Both the position numbers and the translations under genes were made by a program. Under the pieces are notes generated by a model, which was not told the origin of the DNA, did not search any database, and saw only the letters and a program-made list of their open reading frames with translations. From NCBI RefSeq assembly GCF_053078305.1, contig NZ_CP166879.1: a stretch of DNA of 64,000 bases; one strand, 5' to 3'. Positions 15,198 to 25,654 of the stretch are shown in pieces (the first letter of the stretch is position 1; the number at the start of each line of letters is the position of its first letter).

Positions 15198-16451
15198 TCA
15201 GGCGTGCAGACGACGATGCAAACGCGTCCCGACCAGCAGAGCAATGACCAGCATCAGAGCAATAAATGCGCCGACGCCGTTCCAGCCATAGTTATGCCAG
15301 AAAACACCACCCAGCGTCCCGGCAATACTCGACCCCAGATAGTAACTGAACAGATACAGCGAGGAGGCCTGGCCTTTAGCGCGTTTTGCGCGGGGGCCGA
15401 TCCAGCTGCTGGCAACTGAGTGGGCTGCGAAGAATCCTGCTGAGAAGAGTAACATTCCGGCAAAGATCAGCCACAGCGAGCTGAATAAGGTCATCAGTAA
15501 ACCAAACAGCATAACCCCCGTCGAAAACAACATCACTGGACCACGCCCATAGCGGGTGGTCATGGTTCCGGCTTTGGGTGAGCTCCATGTACCGGTCAAA
15601 TAAGCCAGCGATAATAAGCCAACCACGGCCTGACTGACATGCCAGGGGGAGAGCATCAACCGATAGCCGATGTAATTAAACAGCGTGACGAACGACCCCA
15701 TCAGCAAAAAGCCTTCTGCGAACAATAACGGTAATCCCCGGTCACGCCAGTGCAGACGAAAGTTGATAAACAACGACTTAGGTCGCAGCGAAGTCGGGCG
15801 AAAATGGCGTGATTCCGGGAGGATTTTCCAGAACATCAACGCCGAGGCTAGCGCGAAACAACCGATAGCCGCCAGAGCAATTCGCCAGTTGAAAAAGTCC
15901 GTGAAGACACCGCTAATTAAGCGTCCGCTCATGCCGCCAATTGAGTTGCCGCTGATATACAACCCCATCGAAAAGGCCACGAAACTGGGGTGGATTTCCT
16001 CGCTAAGATAAGTCATGCCAACAGCTGCCACGCCACTTAACGAAAGCCCAATCAAGGCGCGCATAATCAAAATGCCGTGCCAGCTGGTCATCATTGTCGA
16101 AAGTAACGTACAAATGGAGGCCAACAGTAGCGCCGTGACCATCACTGGTTTGCGACCAATGGCATCGGATAGGGGGCCAGTAAACAGCAAACCAATAGCC
16201 AACATCGCCGTGGAAATGGACAGTGAAATACTACTGTTCGCGGGCGTTAAGCCAAACTCCTGCGAAAGCACCGGAAGGATAGGCTGCACACAATAGAGAA
16301 GTGCAAATGTTGCCAGTCCGGCAGAGAACAGCGCCAGGGTGACGCGCATAAATTGCGGCGTACCGCGTTTAATAAATTGATTTGGCTGAGAAATGCTTTG
16401 CTTGTCAGTGTCGCTTGCCGGAGCGCCATCAACAGTTGTAGTACGGCTCAC
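15198..16451 (-). CDS. ynfM: MFS transporter YnfM
   Basis: 417-aa 12-TM ORF; synteny. Confidence 0.85.
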   Translation of the reverse strand: MSRTTTVDGAPASDTDKQSISQPNQFIKRGTPQFMRVTLALFSAGLATFALLYCVQPILPVLSQEFGLTPANSSISLSISTAMLAIGLLFTGPLSDAIGRKPVMVTALLLASICTLLSTMMTSWHGILIMRALIGLSLSGVAAVGMTYLSEEIHPSFVAFSMGLYISGNSIGGMSGRLISGVFTDFFNWRIALAAIGCFALASALMFWKILPESRHFRPTSLRPKSLFINFRLHWRDRGLPLLFAEGFLLMGSFVTLFNYIGYRLMLSPWHVSQAVVGLLSLAYLTGTWSSPKAGTMTTRYGRGPVMLFSTGVMLFGLLMTLFSSLWLIFAGMLLFSAGFFAAHSVASSWIGPRAKRAKGQASSLYLFSYYLGSSIAGTLGGVFWHNYGWNGVGAFIALMLVIALLVGTRLHRRLHA

Positions 16452-16557
16452 TTGAAATCCTTGCTAAATATGCCTGTGGATCAGGCTTATACATAGGGTA
16501 GGAAAATCGAATTGTTCTGTCTAATATATTAATAATCTCAAATAAGATGTTTTAAAT

Positions 16558-17451
16558 ATGAATATTGAACTTCGTCATCTGCGTTACTTTGTTGCTGTTG
16601 CGGAAGAGCTGCATTTCGGGCGCGCCGCTGCCCGCCTGAATATTTCGCAACCGCCGCTAAGTCAGCAGATTCAGGCGCTGGAGCAACAAATTGGTGCCCG
16701 ACTGCTGGCACGAACCAATCGCAGTGTATTGCTGACGGCAGCAGGAAAACAGTTTCTTGCAGATAGTCGGCAAATCCTGTCTATGGTGGATGACGCTGCC
16801 GCTCGCGCTGAAAGACTGCATCAGGGTGAAGCGGGGGAGTTGCGCATTGGTTTTACTTCGTCGGCTCCTTTTATTCGGGCGGTGTCCGATACGTTATCGC
16901 TGTTTCGCCGAGATTATCCCGATGTCCATTTACAAACCCGCGAAATGAACACTCGCGAGCAAATCGCTCCGCTCATTGAAGGAACGCTGGATATGGGATT
17001 GCTGCGTAACACAGCGTTACCGGAGACGCTTGAACACGCAGTCATCGTCCATGAACCGCTTATGGCGATGATCCCGCACGATCATCCCCTGGCAAATAAC
17101 CCGAATGTAACGCTGGCTGAACTGGCGAAAGAACCCTTTGTCTTTTTTGATCCGCACGTCGGGACAGGGCTGTATGACGATATTCTCGGGCTGATGCGAC
17201 GTTACCATTTGACGCCCGTCATCACTCAGGAGGTGGGCGAGGCAATGACCATCATCGGTCTGGTTTCCGCCGGTCTGGGTGTTTCAATTTTGCCTGCGTC
17301 ATTTAAACGTGTTCAGCTCAACGAAATGCGCTGGGTGCCGATTGCTGAAGAGGATGCGGTTTCTGAAATGTGGTTGGTCTGGCCGAAACATCATGAACAA
17401 AGTCCAGCTGCGCGTAACTTTCGTATTCATCTGCTGAATGCTCTCAGGTGA
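16558..17451 (+). CDS. ynfL: LysR-family transcriptional regulator YnfL
   Basis: 297-aa ORF with N-terminal LysR HTH, divergent from ynfM. Confidence 0.85.
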   Translation: MNIELRHLRYFVAVAEELHFGRAAARLNISQPPLSQQIQALEQQIGARLLARTNRSVLLTAAGKQFLADSRQILSMVDDAAARAERLHQGEAGELRIGFTSSAPFIRAVSDTLSLFRRDYPDVHLQTREMNTREQIAPLIEGTLDMGLLRNTALPETLEHAVIVHEPLMAMIPHDHPLANNPNVTLAELAKEPFVFFDPHVGTGLYDDILGLMRRYHLTPVITQEVGEAMTIIGLVSAGLGVSILPASFKRVQLNEMRWVPIAEEDAVSEMWLVWPKHHEQSPAARNFRIHLLNALR

Positions 17452-17585
17452 GGGAAATTTCAGCGAAAAAGCCCGAAAAATGTGCTGTTAATCACATGCC
17501 TAAGTAAAAATTTGACGACACGTATTGAAGTGCTTCACCATAGCCTACAGATTATTTCGGAGCGCGAAAATATAGGGAGTATGCG

Positions 17586-18806
17586 GTGGTTGCTGAAAAC
17601 CAGCCTGGGCACATTGATCAAATAAAGCAGACCAACGCGGGCGCGGTTTATCGCCTGATTGATCAACTTGGTCCAGTCTCGCGTATCGATCTTTCCCGTC
17701 TGGCGCAGCTGGCTCCTGCCAGTATCACTAAAATTGTCCGTGAGATGCTCGAAGCACACCTGGTGCAAGAGCTGGAAATCAAAGAAGCGGGGAACCGTGG
17801 CCGTCCGGCGGTGGGGCTGGTGGTTGAAACTGAAGCCTGGCACTATCTTTCTCTGCGCATTAGTCGCGGGGAGATTTTCCTTGCTCTGCGCGATCTGAGC
17901 AGCAAACTGGTGGTGGAAGAGTCGCAGGAACTGGCGTTAAAAGATGACTCGCCATTGCTGGATCGTATCATTTCCCATATCGATCAGTTTTTTATCCGCC
18001 ACCAGAAAAAACTTGAGCGTCTAACTTCGATTGCCATAACCCTGCCGGGAATTATTGATACGGAAAATGGCATTGTACATCGCATGCCGTTCTACGAGGA
18101 TGTAAAAGAGATGCCGCTCGGCGAGGCTCTGGAGCAGCATACCGGCGTTCCGGTTTATATACAGCATGATATCAGCGCATGGACGATGGCAGAGGCCTTG
18201 TTTGGTGCCTCACGCGGGGCGCGCGATGTGATTCAGGTGGTTATCGATCACAACGTGGGGGCGGGCGTCATTACCGATGGTCATCTGCTACACGCAGGCA
18301 GCAGTAGCCTCGTGGAAATAGGTCACACACAGGTAGACCCATATGGTAAACGCTGTTATTGCGGGAACCACGGCTGCCTCGAAACCATCGCCAGTGTGGA
18401 CAGTATTCTGGAGCTGGCACAGCTGCGTCTCAATCAATCCATGAGCTCGATGTTACATGGGCAACCGTTAACCGTGGACTCATTGTGTCAGGCGGCATTG
18501 CGCGGCGATCTGCTGGCAAAAGACATCATTACCGGGGTGGGCGCGCATGTAGGGCGCATTCTTGCCATCATGGTGAATTTATTTAACCCACAAAAAATAC
18601 TGATTGGCTCACCGTTAAGTAAAGCGGCAGATATCCTCTTCCCGGTCATCTCAGATAGCATCCGTCAGCAGGCCCTTCCTGCGTATAGTCAGCACATTAG
18701 CGTTGAGAGTACTCAGTTTTCTAACCAGGGCACGATGGCAGGGGCTGCGCTGGTAAAAGACGCGATGTATAACGGTTCTTTGTTGATTCGTCTGTTGCAG
18801 GGTTAA
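17586..18806 (+). CDS. mlc: ROK-family global regulator Mlc (DgsA)
   Basis: 406-aa ORF starting at GTG (VAENQPGHIDQIK...), ROK zinc motif CYCGNHGCLE. Confidence 0.9.
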   Translation: MVAENQPGHIDQIKQTNAGAVYRLIDQLGPVSRIDLSRLAQLAPASITKIVREMLEAHLVQELEIKEAGNRGRPAVGLVVETEAWHYLSLRISRGEIFLALRDLSSKLVVEESQELALKDDSPLLDRIISHIDQFFIRHQKKLERLTSIAITLPGIIDTENGIVHRMPFYEDVKEMPLGEALEQHTGVPVYIQHDISAWTMAEALFGASRGARDVIQVVIDHNVGAGVITDGHLLHAGSSSLVEIGHTQVDPYGKRCYCGNHGCLETIASVDSILELAQLRLNQSMSSMLHGQPLTVDSLCQAALRGDLLAKDIITGVGAHVGRILAIMVNLFNPQKILIGSPLSKAADILFPVISDSIRQQALPAYSQHISVESTQFSNQGTMAGAALVKDAMYNGSLLIRLLQG

Positions 18807-18930
18807 CATTTTTTAACTGTTCTACCAAAATTTGCGCTATCTCAATTTGGGCCAGGAAAGCATAACTTAGACTTTCAAGGTTAATTATTTTCCTGGTTTA
18901 TATTTGTGAAGCATAACGGTGGAGTTAGTG

Positions 18931-19626
18931 ATGCTGAAGCGTTTCTTTATTACCGGTACAGACACTTCTGTAGGGAAAACGGTGGTTTCCCGCGCATTGC
19001 TACAAGCGTTAGCCTCCCAGGGAAAAACGGTTGCGGGATATAAACCCGTAGCGAAGGGGAGCAAAGAGACACCCGAAGGGCTGCGTAATAAAGATGCCCT
19101 GGTGTTGCAGAGTGTTTCAACCATCGAACTGCCTTATGAAGCAGTTAATCCTATCGCGTTAAGCGAAGAAGAAAGTAGCGTGGCGCACAGTTGCCCAATC
19201 AATTACACCCTCATTTCAAACGGCTTGGCAAACCTGACCGAAAAAGTCGATCATGTCGTGGTAGAAGGGACTGGCGGCTGGCGTAGTCTGATGAATGATT
19301 TGCGTCCACTCTCTGAATGGGTGGTGCAGGAACAACTGCCGGTGTTGATGGTTGTCGGTATTCAGGAAGGTTGCATTAACCATGCACTGCTAACAGCTCA
19401 GGCGATTGCCAACGACGGGCTGCCGCTCATTGGCTGGGTGGCTAACCGAATCAACCCAGGACTGGCGCATTATGCGGAAATCATTGATGTGCTCGATAAA
19501 AAACTTCCGGCACCGCTCATTGGTGAACTGCCTTATCTGCCGCGCGCCGAACAGCGTGAACTGGGGCAATACATCCGCTTAGCTATGCTGCGCAGTGTGC
19601 TGGCGGTAGATAGAGTCACGGTGTAA
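18931..19626 (+). CDS. ynfK: Dethiobiotin synthetase paralogue YnfK (BioD2)
   Basis: Translation [17 protein letters not shown] (P-loop); start set to the ATG at 18931. Confidence 0.85.
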   Translation: MLKRFFITGTDTSVGKTVVSRALLQALASQGKTVAGYKPVAKGSKETPEGLRNKDALVLQSVSTIELPYEAVNPIALSEEESSVAHSCPINYTLISNGLANLTEKVDHVVVEGTGGWRSLMNDLRPLSEWVVQEQLPVLMVVGIQEGCINHALLTAQAIANDGLPLIGWVANRINPGLAHYAEIIDVLDKKLPAPLIGELPYLPRAEQRELGQYIRLAMLRSVLAVDRVTV

Positions 19627-20835
19627 CGTCCGCGAGATTACCGACGCAATTACGCAGGCAATCAATAAACCGGGGAGTAGCTGATACTCCCCGGTCATTT
19701 CACATATCATCAACGTCGACATAATCGGCGCGTGCGTGGTTGCCGCCAACAGTGTCGCCATCCCGGTCAATCCGAGTAAAAGCGTAATTTCTTCGCCATC
19801 AGGGAACCATAATCCCATGCTACGACCATACAACATGCCAATGGCAAGACCGATAAATAGCGTCGGTGTAAAGACACCACCGGGTGCGCCGGAACCGCTA
19901 CTCGCCAGCACGGCACACAGTTTACAAAGGAAGATCCCGGCAATGATCATTAACAGTGGCGGGGCGGTTAAAAAGGATTGTACGGTGCTATAGCCGTTGC
20001 CCCACACTGCAGGTGTGAACAGGGAAAGCAGACCCACGATCAACCCGCCTAGTGCCAGTTGCCAGGGCGGCGCAAGTTTGAGACTCACAAATCCACGATG
20101 ACAGGCGTTCATTAACGTTAACAACAGTGGTCCGCACAGACCTGCCAGCACACCTGTACTGATAATCAGCGCATAGTCACGAGCCTGAACCGTCACTGAG
20201 AATTGTACGCTGTAGAGTAACGCGTCGCTATGATTAATCAGATTGCTAACCAGCAATGCCACGACGGCGGAAATAATCACCGGGCCGAGAGAGGCCAACA
20301 TCATAGTGCCAAACAGCACTTCGGCTATAAATAAACTGCCAGCAAGCGGGGCACGATAGGCCGCAGCCATTCCCGCCGCGGCCCCACAGGCGATCCATAA
20401 TTTCCACTCCTGGCGTGGCGTAAAACGTTGGGCAAAACAGGAGGCGGCAAGGGCAGCTAAAAGAATCATCGCACCTTCGCGACCAATTGCACTGCCGCTG
20501 GTTACTACCAGCAGAGAGGCAAGCGATTTAACCAGGCTTGCTGCGTAATCAAACTGACCCTCGGTTTGCAACGCTTCCATATAATCGGTCGGCGCATGAG
20601 GGCGTTGCTGGGTAAATTTCTGCCAGCCCATCAGCAACAAACCCGCCGCCAGTCCGCCGAGCGCCGGAGTTAGCAGCCGTCGCCAGGGGGAAAGGTTTGT
20701 CGCTGCATTGACCAGACTGCCGGAGTCATTATTGAGGAACAACCACTCCAGTAGCAGCATCGCATGACGAAACCCGGCAACGGCAAAGGCCGCGAGAATA
20801 CCGACGACTGTTGCGATAAGCAGACGGCGGAACAT
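19579..20835 (-). CDS. clcB: ClC-type voltage-gated chloride channel ClcB
   Basis: Translation [12 protein letters not shown]..., GREGA selectivity motif; trimmed to the 418-aa form; 3' end overlaps ynfK convergently. Confidence 0.85.
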   Translation of the reverse strand: MFRRLLIATVVGILAAFAVAGFRHAMLLLEWLFLNNDSGSLVNAATNLSPWRRLLTPALGGLAAGLLLMGWQKFTQQRPHAPTDYMEALQTEGQFDYAASLVKSLASLLVVTSGSAIGREGAMILLAALAASCFAQRFTPRQEWKLWIACGAAAGMAAAYRAPLAGSLFIAEVLFGTMMLASLGPVIISAVVALLVSNLINHSDALLYSVQFSVTVQARDYALIISTGVLAGLCGPLLLTLMNACHRGFVSLKLAPPWQLALGGLIVGLLSLFTPAVWGNGYSTVQSFLTAPPLLMIIAGIFLCKLCAVLASSGSGAPGGVFTPTLFIGLAIGMLYGRSMGLWFPDGEEITLLLGLTGMATLLAATTHAPIMSTLMICEMTGEYQLLPGLLIACVIASVISRTLHRDSIYRQHTAQHS

Positions 20836-21029
20836 AGTGCGCAGATCCGGATAGATGTGTAGATGATGCATGAGCAGAAATGGGCAATGAAACACGGGCG
20901 ACTATTTTGCGGCAAAAGAGGCCAGCCGCAAAAGCAGTGCGTGCTTTAAGAGATAAAAAAACGTGACACTGTAACCTATTATTGCCGGATTGCGCGTAAT
21001 CGTCACCATCCGGCAATATTACGGTGATC

Positions 21030-21644
21030 CTATCGAAACAGCGGTTTAACCGCGACAGGAATTAACAGTTGTGATTGCCATTGCGCCAGCGTTAAGCGAG
21101 CCAGTTCACCCAGTGCACGGTAGAAAGGGTGTTCTGCTTTTTCGATAAAAACATCAAGAAAACGTGTTGACCACGGAAAAAGGTGCCATGCCAGCAATTC
21201 TTCGCATTCTGTCTGGCGACCATTCTCCGCCAACCACGCAGCCATCAACAGCAGTGAACCAAAATGATCTTCCGGTTCGTTTTGCTTCATTTCAAACTGA
21301 ATGCCTTTCTCGCGCATCCACTGACGAAGTGCCAATGTTGAATCGCCAAACAGCACAGATTCGCGATCCAGCCAGACCGACCCCCACGGCGGAGACGGCA
21401 GTGCCCACGGGCCGACAAACAAACGCTGCCAGGCCTGGGCGTGAGTCTCTTCACACTGTGTCTGAAAAGCCGTCACCAGCGGCGCTAATGACGCTTCTGG
21501 TAGAGGCCACTGAGTTTCCCAGCCGTCACTGGTGAGTACCGCAACCAGAGGTGCGGCTTCAGCACTCTCTGGAGCGTAGTAAAACAGTGCGCCCAACACG
21601 CGCGCCGCAACAGAAAAATTATCTTGCTGTGAAAAATGGGTCAT
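21030..21644 (-). CDS. dmsD: Tat proofreading chaperone DmsD
   Basis: Translation MTHFSQQDNFSVAARVLGALFYYAPES...; downstream of ynfH. Confidence 0.85.
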   Translation of the reverse strand: MTHFSQQDNFSVAARVLGALFYYAPESAEAAPLVAVLTSDGWETQWPLPEASLAPLVTAFQTQCEETHAQAWQRLFVGPWALPSPPWGSVWLDRESVLFGDSTLALRQWMREKGIQFEMKQNEPEDHFGSLLLMAAWLAENGRQTECEELLAWHLFPWSTRFLDVFIEKAEHPFYRALGELARLTLAQWQSQLLIPVAVKPLFR

Positions 21645-21686
21645 TCCTAACATCCTGAAATGTGCGGGTTGCCCCGCACTAATTTG

Positions 21687-22541
21687 TTAACCTGCAATAG
21701 CCATTCCTACCGTCATGTGCAGGCCATAAAAGAGCACACGCCCGATCATCTCACCGCCAAGTATGAGGATTAGCCCCAGAATAAGTCCGGCAACGTGAGG
21801 TTCACGGCGACGAATGAGCGGACAAAGCCAGCATCCAAGACCTGCGCATAACAATACCACACGCCAGACCTGTAAGGAGGCGTAATCTGGTACCAGTGCG
21901 CTGGCTTGTTGCACGGATGAGTGAATAGACGACAGAGACAAACCTTGCAGCACAATCACCCCGGCACAAGCGATCAGCGCCAGAACGCTAATGATGGCAA
22001 ATGGTGTGGTATTAAATGTAACGCGGGCTGCCCGCAGAATTGCGGCAGCAAGTATTGGACCACTCAACAATACCGTCAGGAAGAAAGCCAGCGTAGTGTA
22101 ACCGTTATGCCAGGTTGGCACAGTGTCGATTTGATACACGCAGGTCATCATCCAGACGAAAATGACGCCGAGCGCCATGCTGACAAGTAACCAGAGTTTC
22201 CCCAACGCTTGCGGCATTTTACCGATGACCGCCACCAGCCACCATAGTCCGCCAACGGCAAAAAATATGGAACCGGCAGCAATCTCGTTACTTAGACCAG
22301 AAGCTCCGATTCGATTCAGCGAGTTAAACGCCCGCAGTGGCGATCCCAGGTGCATGACAGAGGCAATAAACCCGATGCCCATCAACAGCCAGAGGAAAAA
22401 CATGCCACGAACAATGTGCTGACGGTCTGCGTCATTTTTGGCGGCGAACCAGCCAATTCCGCTAACAATCAGCGCGCCTACTACGCATTGACCCAATACG
22501 GTAAAGATAACCAGTGGCCATTCATGCCATCCATTTCCCAT
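21687..22541 (-). CDS. ynfH: DMSO-reductase-type membrane anchor subunit YnfH (DmsC paralogue)
   Basis: Translation MGNGWHEWPLVIFTVLGQ...; 284-aa polytopic protein; track ORF trimmed by 80 codons. Confidence 0.85.
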   Translation of the reverse strand: MGNGWHEWPLVIFTVLGQCVVGALIVSGIGWFAAKNDADRQHIVRGMFFLWLLMGIGFIASVMHLGSPLRAFNSLNRIGASGLSNEIAAGSIFFAVGGLWWLVAVIGKMPQALGKLWLLVSMALGVIFVWMMTCVYQIDTVPTWHNGYTTLAFFLTVLLSGPILAAAILRAARVTFNTTPFAIISVLALIACAGVIVLQGLSLSSIHSSVQQASALVPDYASLQVWRVVLLCAGLGCWLCPLIRRREPHVAGLILGLILILGGEMIGRVLFYGLHMTVGMAIAG

Positions 22542-22542
22542 T

Positions 22543-23160
22543 TTACACTTCCTCCGGATTAGCCAGATAACCAGTGGTATCGCCGGTCGGGCGGCTGTTG
22601 GCGTTAGGTTTGATAACGATATTGGGTTTTGTGAAATGCGCGCGCGGCAGTGGCGCGACGGCAGCAAGAGTGCCGTGCTTCTGGCGCAGCTCTTCAATTG
22701 GACCGAACTCAAGTGCACGCAGCGGGCAGGATTCGACACATATGGGTTGTTTCCCCTCGGCGACGCGCGAATAACAACCATCGCACTTCGTCATGTGCCC
22801 TTTTTCAGCATTGTACTGTGGCGCGCCGTACGGACAAGCCATGTGGCAGTAGCGGCAGCCGATACAAACATCTTCATCAACCACCACAAAGCCATCTTCA
22901 CGCTTATGCATTGCGCCGCTGGGGCAGACTTTTGTACATGCGGGGTCATCGCAATGGTTACAGGAGATGGAGAGATAATAAGCGAACACGTTCTGGTGCC
23001 AGACGCCATTATCTTCCTGCCAGTCGCCGCCAGCATATTCATAAATACGGCGGAAACTGACTTCCGGGCCAAGATCTTTAAAATCTTTGCACGCCAGTTC
23101 GCAGGTTTTACAGCCAGTACAGCGGCTGGAATCGATAAAAAATCCATATTGTGTGGTCAT
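22543..23160 (-). CDS. ynfG: DMSO-reductase-type Fe-S subunit YnfG (DmsB paralogue)
   Basis: 205-aa ORF with four ferredoxin-type Cys clusters. Confidence 0.9.
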   Translation of the reverse strand: MTTQYGFFIDSSRCTGCKTCELACKDFKDLGPEVSFRRIYEYAGGDWQEDNGVWHQNVFAYYLSISCNHCDDPACTKVCPSGAMHKREDGFVVVDEDVCIGCRYCHMACPYGAPQYNAEKGHMTKCDGCYSRVAEGKQPICVESCPLRALEFGPIEELRQKHGTLAAVAPLPRAHFTKPNIVIKPNANSRPTGDTTGYLANPEEV

Positions 23161-23170
23161 GGGCTACTCC

Positions 23171-25594
23171 TTAAACCTTTTCGATCTGGACAAGATTGCT
23201 GTGCGACGGGTTTCCCTTTGCCAGCGGTGAAGGGCGGTGAGAGGTCAGAATATTAATACTGCCGCCGTGATCGACCCGGTCACCAAACATATCCGCTTTA
23301 AGCCACGCACCTTGCCCGATGGCGGTAACGCCAGGCAGAATACGCGGAGTCACTTTTGCGGCAATCAGCATTTCTCCATTATTGTTAAATACCCGCACGG
23401 TATCGCCATGACGGATACCGCGAGCCTGAGCATCAATGGGGTTGATCCACACCTCTTGTGGGCAGGCCTGCTGTAACACATCAATATTGCCGTAGCTGGA
23501 GTGGGTACGCGCTTTGTAGTGGAAGCCCGTTAACTGCAGTGGATAGGTTTTCCGCAGGGGATCGTCCCAGCCATCAAAACCTGGGGTATACGCAGGAAGG
23601 GGATGAATAATTTCATCTTTTTTCAATTCCCAGGTATCTGCAATCTTCGCCAGTCGTTCAGAATAAATTTCGATTTTCCCCGAAGGTGTTTTCAACGGGT
23701 TTGCCTGTGGATCTTCACGGAATGCGCGGAAAGCGACGTAGTGTTCTTCCGGGCATTTTTTCTTAAAGATCCCGGTCGTTTTCATCTCCTCGTAGTCGGG
23801 CATCTCAGGGTTACGTTCCTTCGTTTTCGCATGGAGATATTTGATCCATTCATGCTGACTGCGACCTTCAGTAAAGGTTTGATAAACGTCCGGTCCTAAG
23901 CGTTTGGCGACTTCACTCAGCATCCAGTAGATGGGTTTGCGTTCAAATTTTGCTGAGGTTGCGGGTTGGGCGAGGATCACATAGCCCATATTCCCTGCAG
24001 ATTCATGAGAGATAAGGTCTTCTTGCTCTGTTGGCATCAGGTCGGGCAACAGGATATCGCAATACTTAGCCGAGGCCGTCATGAAGTGGTCAATGCCGAC
24101 AATCATCTCGCACTTGCTGTCATCCTGAAGCACCTCATGGGTGTGATTGATGTCGCCATGTTGATTGATCAATGTGTTACTGGCGTAGCACCATAAAAAC
24201 TTGATGGGGACATCCAGTTTTTCTTTTCCACGAACACCATCACGGGTCGCGGTCATTTCCGTACCATGGTCGATGGCATCTGTCCATGTAAAGACGGAAA
24301 TCTGCGTTTTAACAGGATTCTCGAGCATCGGGAACCATTCTACCCCCAGATCCCAGCTACCTTCGCGTACGCCTGAGTTGCCGCCGTTTATGCCGACGTT
24401 ACCGGTGAGAACGGAAAGCATGGCAATAGCGCGGGATGTTTGTTCGCCGTTGGAGTGTCGTTGTGGCCCCCAACCCTGACAAATATAAGCAGGTTTTGCT
24501 GAACCGATCTCTCGTGCCAACTGGATAATTTTTTCTGCCGGGATGCTGGTGATTTTTGCTGCCCATTCCGGCGTTTTAGCTATGCCGTCAGGCCCTTCGC
24601 CCAGAATATAGGCTTTATAATGCGCGTTACGTGGTGCGTTGGCGGGCAGCGTTTTTTCATCGTAACCAACACAATATTTGTCGAGAAATGGCTGATCGAC
24701 CATGTTTTCAGTAATCAGTACCCAGGCAATCGCACAGGCCAGTGCGCCATCGGTGCCAGGGCGAATGGGCAGCCATTCATCTTCACGCCCGGCAGCTGTG
24801 TCGTTATAACGTGGATCGATGACGATCATGCGTGCGTTTGAACGTTCGCGGGCTTGCTCGACGTAGTAAGTGACACCACCGCCGCTCATCCGCGTTTCTG
24901 CCGGGTTATTTCCGAACATAACGACCAGTTTCGTATTGGCGATATCATCCGGGCTGTTGCCATCATTGGCACCGAACATATAACTCATTGCGGCACTGAT
25001 CTGTGCGGTACTGTAGCTGCCATAGCGACTGAGAAAACCACCGCAAGAGTTCATCAGACGGTACGGGACGTTTGAGTTGGTGATGTTTCCGCCATCTACG
25101 CCTGTTCCGTACAGGACATGTACAGCCTCATTGCCGTAATCTTTCAGGATCCGCCGAAGATTATCACTGATGGTATCCAGGGCTTCGTCCCAACTTATCC
25201 GTTCAAATTTACCTTCACCGCGCTTGCCGACGCGCTTCATGGGATATTTCAACCTATCAGGATGATTCATCCGTCGGCGGATAGAGCGCCCGCGTAAACA
25301 CGCTCGAACCTGATGATTACCGTAGACGTCGTCACCTGTCGTATCAGATTCCACCCAGTACACGGTGTCATCTTTCACATGCAAACGTAACAGACAGCGG
25401 CTCCCGCAGTTAACGGTGCAGGAACTCCAGACCGCTTTCTCTTCTACCGGAGCCTGTGCCGCCCGGACCATTTGGGAAAATGGCAGAGTGAAAGCACTGC
25501 TTGCCAGCGCAAGACTGCCAAGTGCGGAGGTTTTCATCAGACTTCTACGGCTGATTTCAGCCTTCATGAGCGCCTCTGTGGTATGGATTTTCAT
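23171..25594 (-). CDS. ynfF: Molybdopterin oxidoreductase catalytic subunit YnfF (DmsA paralogue)
   Basis: About 807-aa ORF with Tat signal (SRRSLMK) and Cys cluster; tandem paralogue of ynfE. Confidence 0.9.
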   Translation of the reverse strand: MKIHTTEALMKAEISRRSLMKTSALGSLALASSAFTLPFSQMVRAAQAPVEEKAVWSSCTVNCGSRCLLRLHVKDDTVYWVESDTTGDDVYGNHQVRACLRGRSIRRRMNHPDRLKYPMKRVGKRGEGKFERISWDEALDTISDNLRRILKDYGNEAVHVLYGTGVDGGNITNSNVPYRLMNSCGGFLSRYGSYSTAQISAAMSYMFGANDGNSPDDIANTKLVVMFGNNPAETRMSGGGVTYYVEQARERSNARMIVIDPRYNDTAAGREDEWLPIRPGTDGALACAIAWVLITENMVDQPFLDKYCVGYDEKTLPANAPRNAHYKAYILGEGPDGIAKTPEWAAKITSIPAEKIIQLAREIGSAKPAYICQGWGPQRHSNGEQTSRAIAMLSVLTGNVGINGGNSGVREGSWDLGVEWFPMLENPVKTQISVFTWTDAIDHGTEMTATRDGVRGKEKLDVPIKFLWCYASNTLINQHGDINHTHEVLQDDSKCEMIVGIDHFMTASAKYCDILLPDLMPTEQEDLISHESAGNMGYVILAQPATSAKFERKPIYWMLSEVAKRLGPDVYQTFTEGRSQHEWIKYLHAKTKERNPEMPDYEEMKTTGIFKKKCPEEHYVAFRAFREDPQANPLKTPSGKIEIYSERLAKIADTWELKKDEIIHPLPAYTPGFDGWDDPLRKTYPLQLTGFHYKARTHSSYGNIDVLQQACPQEVWINPIDAQARGIRHGDTVRVFNNNGEMLIAAKVTPRILPGVTAIGQGAWLKADMFGDRVDHGGSINILTSHRPSPLAKGNPSHSNLVQIEKV

Positions 25595-25654
25595 CATTAC
25601 TCACTTATTGCTTTTCAAACAAAATGTCATGCCAGAATTTATGGTTGTAGTGGG